Below, piece by piece: positions 49,995-59,801 of a stretch of 64,000 nucleotides of DNA. How positions within the stretch are numbered: the stretch's first letter is position 1; each line of letters opens with the position of its first letter. The notes under the pieces were generated by a model. The model made no database searches, was not told the DNA's origin, and saw only the letters and a program-made list of their open reading frames with translations. The DNA is from Centroscyllium fabricii (taxonomy: Eukaryota), in the NCBI GenBank assembly GCA_051313645.2, contig JBNRSN020000017.1, positions 87,668,001 through 87,732,000 of the forward strand, in the 5' to 3' direction. The translations under genes were made by a program, and so were the position numbers.

Positions 49995-50784
49995 ATACGG
50001 TGATGTGCCAGTGAATGGTGAACTCCAGACCACAAGACAGGACCCTGTCAGGCACCAGGTCAATCTGCAATGCCCCGGCAAAAAGCATGACAGATTTCCT
50101 TTACATTTCCCGGACAATGCACTTCAACCAGAACGTCGGAAAGTAAGATCGTGATTTGAGCGCTTTGCTGAGTATTTCAGAGCTAATTCAATCCTTTATT
50201 TTTCCGCGTGGCTATTCACTGGGGGCATTGAACTGAGATTTAATTAACAAACTCAATTTACTTTAATGGGGGAGTGGGGGGGAAGGGGGGATTGGTGCAA
50301 TGGAGAACAGGTGCTTGGGGTAAATTGCAGTGGGGGTATCTTCAACTTTGGGCGATAGTGTAAAAATGGCGATATTGGATTGGCTGCCGGTTACATATCC
50401 CCATTTTCATTTCTGTTGAGTGGGACATTGGAGAGCTCTTTCAGAGAGCCAGCACAGGCGCGGTGGTCCAAATGGCCCCCTCTGTGCTGTATGATTCTAT
50501 GATGCAGTAATGACTATAGTTCGTCGAACTGTCTGCCTTGACTTATCCTGTGTCATTGTCTCCTTACTGCAGATATACCAGAATCTCATGAACATCAAAT
50601 CGGGCCCTCGCAGCAATGAGCCTCACCACAGTGGCATCGCTACTTAAAGCAGGCACCAGCTCAGAGACATATATAGTGCGGGAGTGAGTCGAGCTTTAAG
50701 GGAGGGATTTATGCAACATTTATGCTCACATTCCTACCACCTGAATATGTTTCTGTAATATCTTAGGATTTTAACCTATTTAAC

Positions 50785-51175
50785 CTCAAGTTTCAAGTTT
50801 ACTTTATTTGTCACATACATCATTATACATGTACAAAGTGCAGTGAAATGCTTCGTCGCAAGCTCCATGTCTGTGCTTTCCGGATAACATTAAATACAAA
50901 TAATAAATGAACAATTATAAGAAGAAAAGGCATTTAATCGTCAGTATGCCGACCCTTGGCAGCGTCTTCATTTAGGATCCGGATGGCTTGGGGATAAAAG
51001 CTCCTCCTAAGCCTCTCTGTGTTTGTCTTAATGCTGCGGTAGCGTTTTCCTGACTGCAGCAGTGAGAAGCGGCCGTTGTTCGGGTGACTAGGATCCTTAA
51101 TGACCGTCTTAGCCTTAGTCATGCACCGCCTGGTGTAGATATCCCTCAGGTTAGGGAGTGCACCCCCGGTGGTAC
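50785..51175 (-). mobile_element. Rex1/Babar-like LINE 3' fragment, interrupted by CR1 (continues about 51971-52040)
   Basis: IKDPSHPNNGRFSLLQSGKRYRSIKTNTERLRRSFYPQAIRILN. Confidence 0.8.
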
Positions 51176-51970
51176 ATAGAGTCATAGAGTAATACAGCAC
51201 AGAAAGAGGCCCTTCGGCCCATCGCGTCCGTGCCGGCCATCAATCCCAGTCTATACTACTCCCATTTTCCCGTATTTGGTCCGTAGCCTTGTATGGTGTG
51301 GCATTTCAAGTGCTCATCCAAATGCTTCTTGAACGTTGTGAGTGTTCCCGCCTCTACCACCCTTTCAGGCAGTGAGTTCCAGACTCCAACCACCCTCTGG
51401 GTGAAAAAGTTCTTCCTCACATCCCCACGATACCTCCTGCCCCTTACCCTGAAATTATGCCCCCTAGTTATTGACCCCTCTACCAAGGGAAAAAGTTCCA
51501 CTCCATCCCCCCTATCTATTCCCCTCATAATTGTGTACACCTCAACCAGGTCCCCCCTCAGCCTCTTCTGCTTCAAGGAAAACAACCCCAGCCTATCCAG
51601 TCCCTCTTCATAGCTGAAGCTCCCCAGCCCAGGCAGCATCCTGGTGAATCTCCTCTGCACCCTCTCTAAAGCTATTACATATTTCCTGTAGTGTGGCGAC
51701 CAGAACTGCACACAGTACTCCATCTGTGGCCTTACCAGCGTTTTGTACAGCTCCATCATAACCTCCCTGCTCTTATATTCTATGTCTCGGCTAATGAAGG
51801 CAAGTATCCCATATGCCTTTTTAACCACCTTATCCACCTGTCCTGCTGCCTTCAGGGACCTATGTACCTGCACACCAAGGTCCCTCTGATCCTCTGTCTT
51901 CCCTAGCGTCCTACCATTCATGGTGTATTCCCTTGCCATGTTAGACCTACTGAAATGCATCACCTCACAA
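51175..51970 (-). mobile_element. CR1 LINE 3' fragment with open 235-aa frame
   Basis: QRDLGV...EYCVQFWSP...KNFFTQRVV; (TCTATG)-type tail. Confidence 0.9.
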
Positions 51971-52443
51971 CTACCCTCTGCAGGGCCCTACGGTCTTGTT
52001 TAATGCTGTTGCCATACCAGGCGGTGATGCTCCCCTACAGAACCTAGAAGGGATTTTGCTTGAACCTGGATGTTGTTACCTTTATCTGGTCATCTAGATT
52101 GTTGATTAAGACAATTAGGCAGAATACCAGATGAAACAGCCATCAGAATTATGTACTCTCGCATATCGCATTAGTTTTATGACAATGTGGTGTTGTTGAG
52201 CACATCTCATAGCAGTTTGCAGCCTTAATGCACAAATGGATTTCATTCAATGCACCCAGCAGGGCATAGCTAATCAAAGCACTCAGGTGCCTTCAGCTCC
52301 ATATCAAAGGATGTGGGACGGGGAGGCAGGAGGGTTTCATTCAAGCGATCGCAAAATACTGCAGATGCTGGAAATACGAGATAACACCAGAAAACGCTGG
52401 AGAAACTCAGCAGGCCAGGCAGCATCGGTGGAGAGAGAAACAG

Positions 52444-52480
52444 AGTTGACGTTTCAGGTCGATGACCTTTCTTCAGAAAT
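52444..52480 (-). ncRNA. Minimal hammerhead ribozyme
   Basis: ATTT-CTGAAGA-A-AGGTC.ATC.GACCT-GAAA-CG-TC-AACT; GUC cleavage triplet; palindromic ACGT. Confidence 0.65.
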
Positions 52481-53023
52481 GGAGAAGCCAGGAGGGGGGA
52501 TAGATTTAAAGCTTGTGGGGGCTGGGGAAAGGGGGAGGGGGGTGGGGGCTGAAAGAACAAAGGAAAGGATCAGCGACGGGCTAGAAGGCGGGGGAGATAA
52601 GAAACATTAGGAGAAATTCAAGGAACACAGGATGGCTCTGGATACATGTGAACAGCTCTGGCAGAGTAAAGAAAAAAGAAAAAAGCCCAGATGAAATTGC
52701 GGATTGAAAAAAGAGAGAAAAAAAAAATATATATATATATAAAAGTGTGGTAGGGGCCGAGGCTATGATCTAAAATTGTTGAACTCTTATGTTTAGTCCA
52801 GAGGGCTGTAGCGTGCTTAAGCGAAAGATGAGGTGCTGTTCCTCGAGTTTACGCTGAGCTTCCGTGGAACAAAGCAACAGGCCACAGACAGTGAGGTCTG
52901 AATGGGAGTGGAGCGGTGAATTAAAGTGACAGGCCACCGGGAGCTCGGTGTCCCCCTTACGGACTGAACGGAGGTGTTCCGCAAAGTGGTCACCCAATCT
53001 GCGTTTGGTCTCCCCAAATCTCC

Positions 53024-53060
53024 AGTTCTGAAGAAAGGTCATTGACCTGAAATGTTAACT
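53024..53060 (+). ncRNA. Minimal hammerhead ribozyme
   Basis: AGTT-CTGAAGA-A-AGGTC.ATT.GACCT-GAAA-TG-TT-AACT. Confidence 0.6.
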
Positions 53061-53809
53061 CTGTTTCTCTCTCCATCGATGCTGCCTGGCCTGCTGAGTT
53101 TCTCCAGCGTTTTCTGTTGTTATTAAGCTGGTAAATTTGAATGGTAGCTCTCCTCAAATCATAACTGAGGGAGGGGTCAGAGGTTGGTCTTTGACTCTCT
53201 GTCTCTCTGTCTCTCCCTGGAGAAGTCAGTTTGGGAAATGTCAGCCTGGAATAGTTAGAGACAGAGGGATCTCACTTTCCAATTAGCTAGAGGGAGATTG
53301 AGAGACTCCAGGTTGAGATATGAATGTGTAAGACCTGTACGAGCAAAAGGTTATTGTCAGTTAGTTCAGGGACGGTTAACCTGTAAGTGAGTTCAGCTCA
53401 TAACAAGGACAGGTTTGGATGCTTTATTGTTAGAGGAGTGACAGGGATTGATTGAACCTCACTGTAAAAATCGTGTCCTGTTCATTCATGCATTTCACGG
53501 AAAATAAACCAGTTTGTTACTTTGCAGTCACCTTCTGAAAAGCTAGGAGAATGAATGTGGTGGCACATGCATGTTCATATATCGAGTACACGCAGCAAGG
53601 AGTCTATTGCAACGAACCCCATATCACACTATAGTTTAACAGATATTAGGGAGTAACGGTGCACTCTAAATCATAGGGGACACAAGGTCTACTTACAGGA
53701 GTATCCAATGATGCTGAGCCCAAGAGAATATCAACTGCAGACCTGCAAATTATTTTGCCATGTCATGAGCCTTACTGTGAGTGGGTAACCCATATCCTAG
53801 GGTACTTAA

Positions 53810-56340
53810 AGAGGTAGCCCTGGAAATAGAGGGTGCATTGAGGATCATTTTCCAGAACTCAATAGACTCTGGATCAGTACCCACGGATTGGAGGGTGGCT
53901 AATGTTACCCCACTCTTTAAAAAGGGGGGCAGAGAGAAAGCAGGGAATTATAGACCAGTAAGCCTTACATCAGTAGTGGGCAAAATGCTCGAGTCCATCA
54001 TCAAGGATGTAATCTCGGAGCATTTGACAAGTAGGGATGAGATCGGACAGAGTCAACACGGGTTTACAAAAGGTAAATCATGTTTAACTAATCTATTGGA
54101 ATTCTTTGAGGAAGTAACTCGGAAAATAGATGGCGGAGAGCCAGTAGATGTGGTGTACCTTGACTTCCAGAAAGCTTTCGATAAGGTCCCACATAAAAGA
54201 TTAGCATGTAAAATTAAGGCTCATGGGATTGGGGGCAAAGTTTTGATGTGGATAGAGAACTGGTTGGCAGACAGAAAACAGAGAGTTGGAATTAACGTCT
54301 CCTTTTCTGAGTGGCAGTCGGTGACTAGTGGAGTACCGCAGGGGTCTGTCCTGGGACCTCAGCTGTTTACAATATACATTAATGATCTGGATCAGGGAAT
54401 TGAATGTAATATCTCCAAATTCGCGGACGACACCAAACTAGGAGGGGGGGCAGGCTCTGAAGAGGGTGTCAGGAAGCTACAGGGCGATTTGGATAAGTTG
54501 GGGGACTGGGCAGATAGATGGCAGATGCACTATAATGTGGATAAATGTGAGGTTATCCACTTTGGGGGCAAAAACAGGAGGGCAGATTACTACTTAAATG
54601 GCAGGAGATGGGGAGGTGCAGAGAGACCTAGGTGTTCTTGTACACCAGTCGCTGAAGGCGAGCACGCAGGTGCAGCAGGCGGTTGGGAAGGCAAATGGTA
54701 TGTTGGCCTTCATATCAAGAGGGTTCGAGTATCGGAATAAGGATACCTTACTGCAGCTGTACAAGGCACTGGTGAGACCACACCTCGAGTATTGTGTACA
54801 GTTCTGGTCGCCTCGCCTGAGGAAGGATGTTCTTGCCATGGAAGGAGTGCAGCGGCGTTTCACCAGGCTGATTCCTGGAATGGCAGGAATGACCTACGAG
54901 GAGAGATTGTGTAGTCTGGGCTTGTACTCGTTGGAGTTTAGAAGATTGAGAGGCGATCTCATTGAGACGTATAAAATTCTGAAAGGTCTGGACAGGCTAG
55001 ATTTAGAGAGAATGTTTCCAATGACGGGGGAGTCCAGAACCAGGGGCCACAGTCTAAGGATAAGGGGTAAACCATTTAGGACAGACATGAGGAAGAATTT
55101 CTTCACTCAGAGAGTGGTGGGCCTGTGGAATTCCCTGCCACAGAGGGCGGTGGAGGCCAGTTCATTAAACATATTCAAGAGGGAATTGTGTCACAGGGTG
55201 CCTGTTCCTTTAAGAATGAGAAACAGTTTTTGTGGTGCTTCACAGCTGTTTTGAGGACTGGGTTCCCTTGTTATGTCATTAATTGTTCTATTATCTGTCT
55301 ATTGCTTGTTGTGTCCTGCTCTCATTGCCTCCAAGTTATTGGCTATCACCAAATGGTTTGCTTGCTGGTTTTAGTTCATAAACTGGAGGTAGGCATGAGA
55401 GCGGCGCGGGATCATTGTATTGTATTGCATTGTAATGTGTTACTGAACTGGACTTCTAACACACATTCTTCAGGCCACTGGACGAAGTGGTTACTGCTGT
55501 TGTGCTGAGCTGCCGTCAGAGGCAAGGAGGTTTGGAGATCGACTGACTCAGCCTTTACTTTGCACTCTGCTATTTCTGGTGCTCAGGCTGTGTTGCTCGA
55601 CAGAGGCATTGGGGTGGAGATCATATCACTCTTCCTTGACAGTGCGCTCTGCTATCGGGAACCCAGCAATGGACAACTCATATGTGGAGTAAGGGCGTTC
55701 CCCTGCTTGTGGATCTGAATCCACTACTTGGACATTCGTTTCTTCATCCGAATCCAGGTTTGGACATTTGATACCTGTATGCAGAAGCTGTTCCCAAATC
55801 CTCTACGAAGTATTTGGATTGTGATGTCCTACTCGCAGAGGAGGACTTGTTCGTTTCTCTTTAAGTATTTGGATTGGGATGTCCTGCTTCTAGAGGAGAG
55901 CTTGTTTAAGTTGGACAGTTATGCCTGGACTTGTATTCCTCGGGAGAATGACGCGCTTGGTTGCGTGGCACCCCTCTATCCATTACTCACTATTTTGGGA
56001 AGTTTGTGCCAGTCTTTAGATAAGACTTGTGTTCAATATGTTTCTTATATAATTGTATGTTTATGCTATTTTATGGGGTTGTGTAATAAAGGAGTTAGTT
56101 ATAAAAGATGTTTCAGTGTCTCTGCATTTGGGCCCCGCCCTCATTCCGTTTACACCATTCCGTTACAGAATTGGATATATTTCTTCAAGCTAAAGGGATT
56201 AAAGGTTATGGAGAAAAGGCGGGGACGGGGTACCAGCTTGCTAAAGATCAGCCATGATCTCATTGAATGGCGGAGCAGGCTCGAAGGGCTGAATGGCCTA
56301 CTCCTGCTCCTATCTTCTATGATTCTATGATTCTATGATC
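53810..56340 (+). mobile_element. CR1 (HER1-like) LINE, 5'-truncated, RT domain largely intact, interrupted by a solo LTR
   Basis: NYRPVSLTS; QHGF; DFQKAFD; GVPQGSVLGP; FADD; frameshift near 54600; tail matches the V-SINE tail; (ATTCTATG)n end. Confidence 0.93.
55189..56167 (+). mobile_element. Long solo LTR (979 bp)
   Basis: TGTCAC...GTTACA; 6-bp direct repeat GAATTG on both sides; AATAAA near 56085; CR1 is contiguous once it is removed. Confidence 0.82.
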
Positions 56341-56349
56341 TCTGAGGGG

Positions 56350-57000
56350 TCATCCTTCAACTTGTCTTCAACCTGCAGCAACTGGGCAATGCGTGTTTTG
56401 CTTCAGACATGAGTGAAAGTGTTGATTCACATGGCAAATCCTTTGTGGCGGTCACAGACTGTGAATGTTCATTGAGTGGCATGCTTGTCTGTTAATTAAA
56501 TCTATGGGATGTCACACAGGTGCTTTAAATATTGCCAAGTGTGCAGTCAATGACACCCTGAGAATGTCACCTCGTTTGCCAAAACCTGTCGACCTCTTAT
56601 TGCCTACCACCCCTGTTAATGTATTTACCAGCAAGTGCGACATGAGTAATGCAGCACTGAACCCCAATCTAATCCTTGCTAAGTCTCCTGTCGTTGCCGG
56701 GGAAGAACCTACGACAAAAGTTGAGTGCCATCGTCATCTTTACCACTGGCACTGCAGTGCTGGCATTGCCACATGGTTCAAGAAGATGACACAACTCAGC
56801 AATGACTTCCTCAGTGTGGTGTAAGGTCCTTGGATATTGCTCCTTCACACAGTGCAGGCAGCTCTGTTGCCAGCAGTAGATGTGCTGCCTTCAGTAGTTG
56901 TAGATCTTGGTGGTCCGCTTCCTACGGTCGCAAACGTTCCTTATCCTCTTCTGTTATCTGTCCTCTTCCTCATCTTCATCCAAAGATATGACCAGCAGCG
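56350..57000 (-). pseudogene. Harbinger/HARBI1-like transposase remnant
   Basis: Frameshifted minus-strand pieces PVVKMTMALNF, QGVIDCT, KAP, INRQACHSMNI, VCD match HARBI1-type motifs (GAIDCTH, NRKGFHSIN.Q.VCD). Confidence 0.7.
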
Positions 57001-57090
57001 TGAGGCTCGCCGATGCCCCCATACTACTGAGGACTGAAACACTCGCGTTGCTTCATGCAATGTCTTGCTGCTGAGAGGCTGCCGACTTTA

Positions 57091-57470
57091 GGGCGGCATG
57101 GTGGCACAGTGGTTAGCACTGTTGTCTCACAGCACTGGAGACCCGGGTTCAAATCCAGCCTCGGGTGCCATCTGTGTGGAGTTTGCACATTCTCCCCGTG
57201 TCTGCGTGGGTTTCCTCCGGGTGCTCCGGTTTCCCCCCACAGTCCAAAGATGTGCGGGTTAGGTTGATTGGCCAGGATAAATTGGCACTTAGTGTTAGGG
57301 GGATTGAATATGTGGGGTTACGGGGATAGGGTGGGATGTGTGTCGATGCAGGCTCGATAGGGATCGAGGGATACTGGGTTTGGATGATCAGCCATGATCT
57401 CATTGAATGGCGGAGTAGGCTCGAAGGGCCGAATGGCCTACTCCTGCTACTAGTTTCTATGTTTCTATGT
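57091..57470 (+). mobile_element. HE1-like V-SINE
   Basis: Full-length match; splits the motif GCCGACTTTA|CCGGCTCAACG. Confidence 0.9.
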
Positions 57471-58149
57471 TTACCGGCTCAACGTCACCTAAAGAGGGGT
57501 CGCTATTCATGGTGTTCTGAGGTGGAAGGCGTGCGTGTGCAAATGATGTGATTGGTTCATTCAGAATCCCCGAACCAGCCAAAAAATGAACACCGGGTCT
57601 GCGTATTGAAAAGTGTCACCGGTGGAATTTTGGTTAATGGACCATGGGTAAAAATGTGCATACTCCATTAATATTTCTGCACTAAATTATTACACATTAT
57701 GGCACACTCAACGCACTAATTAACTTCACCTCCTCTTTATTACAAAGGTATCAATACGACACAGGGAATGCACACTGCTGTACAGATATCACACCCAATA
57801 GCATTTTACAGCGGCGTAACAGTCCTTTGTACATTACATAACAGGCTGTGTTACCAAGAGATCACTCCCAAATACATCAGCGGAATTAGAATCTGCTCTA
57901 ATTTAAAATGGTGCAACAACCCTGGATGTACCACACAATGCAGTCAGTATTATAAAGATATAACACATTGGCACATGTATGCCAGTATCTACTGTGGAGT
58001 AACAGACTATCTTACAATGGTGTAGCACTGTTGTATATGCAAAATTGTTGTTACCATTCCCTTAATGATCTGGAACTTGCTGTTTCATTCAGTGCATGAG
58101 GATCTGCCGACTTTACTGGCTCAACGTCACCTACAGAGGGGTCACCAAC

Positions 58150-58953
58150 AAGATGGTGGTGCGCATAAACGCAGTGGCTTTGCGTCTCCCAAGATGATGC
58201 TGTCCGCTGGTTCCCGTACTGGTTCTGAAGTGGACGGCGGGGTCGGCGTGGTAGAGCATCGGGATCCTTGCGATCGGAGCACCGGGGTTGACGCACTGAA
58301 GCCATCGTGGTCGGAGCGCCGGGGGCCTGAGCGTGGCCGGGGCATAGGGGCCGTCATGTCCGGAGCGCCGGGGCCTGCATGGCTGGGCGCCGGGAGCATC
58401 AAAGCCATCGTAGCTGGAGCGCCGGGGCCTGCGTGGCTGGGTGCCGGGAGCATCAAGGCCGTTGTGGCCGGAGCGACGGGGCCTGCATGGCCTGAGCATT
58501 GGGGCCGTTATGGCCGGCGTGCCGGGGCCTGCGTGGCCGGGAGCATCGAGGCCACCATGGCCTGAATACCGGGGCCTGCATGGCCTGAGCATCGGGGCCA
58601 TTATGGCTGGAGCGCCGGGGCCTGCGTGGCCGGGAGCATCGAGGCCATGGTGGCCTGAGCATTGGGCCTTTATGGGTGGAGCGCCGGGGCCTGCGTGGCC
58701 TGAGCATCGAGGCCGTTATGGCCGGACGCCGGGGCCTGCGTGGCCTGAGCATCGAGGCCGTTATGGCCGGACGCCGGGGCCTGCATGGCTGGGAGCATCG
58801 AGGCTGTCGTGGCCAGGGCCGGGGTCTAACAGACTGGGACTTACAGGAGAGGACATTTTAACATCTGCACCATTTCTTGGGAGATTGTATGTTTGCATTT
58901 TGTTGTATTATGTATGTTCACTTTACAATGACAATATATTGAATTGAATTGAA
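58150..58953 (+). mobile_element. Non-coding retroelement with internal GC-rich 45-51 bp tandem repeat and (TTGAA)n tail
   Basis: Starts near AAGATGG; unit GGAGCGCCGGGGCCTGCGTGGCC..AGCATCGAGGCC about 10 copies at 58300-58820; ends ACAATATATTGAATTGAATTGAA like the Rex1 tails. Confidence 0.55.
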
Positions 58954-59514
58954 TCTGGGGGACCTGGTGCATGAAACACAGAAGGTTAGTATGCAGGTAC
59001 AGCAGGTGATCAGGAAGGCCAATAGAATATTGCCTTTTATTGCAAGGGGAATGGAGTATAAACGTAGGGAAGACTTGCTGCAGTTATACAGGGTACTGGT
59101 GAGGCCACACCTGGAATACTGCGTACAGTTTTGGTTTCCATATTTAAGAAAAGTTATACTTACTCTCGAGGCAGTTCAGAGAAGGTTCACTCGTTGATTC
59201 CGGAGATGAGGGGGTGGACTTATGAGGAAAGGTTGAGTAGGTTGGGCCTCTACTCATTGGAATTCAGAAGAATGAGAGGTGATCTTATCGAAACATATAA
59301 GATTGTGAGGGGGCTTGTTTGGGTGGATGCGGTGAGGATGTTTCCACTGATGGGTGAGACTAGAACTAGGGGGCATAATCTGAGAATAAGGGGCTGCCCT
59401 TTCAAAACTGAGATGAGGAGAAACTTCTTCACTCAGAGGGTAGTAAATCTATGGAATTTACAATCTCAGAGAGTTGTGGAAGCTGCAACACTAATAAATT
59501 TAAAACGGAGATAG
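58954..59514 (+). mobile_element. CR1 LINE 3' fragment (continues at 63965-64000)
   Basis: HLEYCVQFW; RMRGDLIETYKI; RNFFTQRVV; resumes ...GAGATAG|ACAGTTTCC after the Gypsy insertion. Confidence 0.9.
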
Positions 59515-59759
59515 TGTAGCGCCGGCAGGGCCTAGGAACCACACGTGAGCCAGAGCTAGAGAAAACACAGCTTTAATATACTAGACAAAACAAGAAAGAG
59601 AGTGAACCACTCGCAACAAGCGTATTTAAACAGTCCCGCGGTTGGTGACGTCATCGCGTCGGCCAACGTGGCGACGTCGTCGCGTCACCCGGATGAGCGG
59701 GGCTTTGCTCCGCAGAGTTCCCGTGGCGGATTCGATGTCCCAGTGGGCGTGCCGCCACA
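59515..59759 (-). repeat. 3' LTR
   Basis: 3 substitutions relative to 63716-63960; preceded on the minus strand by short purine tract GGGGAG. Confidence 0.95.
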
Positions 59760-59801
59760 CAGCTCCCCGCAGAATCCGTCCGGGAGGAATAGTAACAGAG
59801 T

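Larger units (their letters stand above)
52352..53123 (-). mobile_element. Penelope-like element, 5'-truncated, with inverted pseudo-LTR
   Basis: GETKRRLGDHFAEHLRSV...HFN...RKLEEQHLIFRLSTLQPSGLNI (GIY-YIG); arms 52380-52480 and 53024-53123 are inverted. Confidence 0.88.

Noticed and set aside
53150-53600. Additional solo LTR
   Set aside because: AATAAA present but no convincing TG...CA ends with a TSD found
58065-58947. Repetitive Gly/Ala/Pro protein ORFs
   Set aside because: Open in several frames on both strands because of a stop-poor GC tandem repeat
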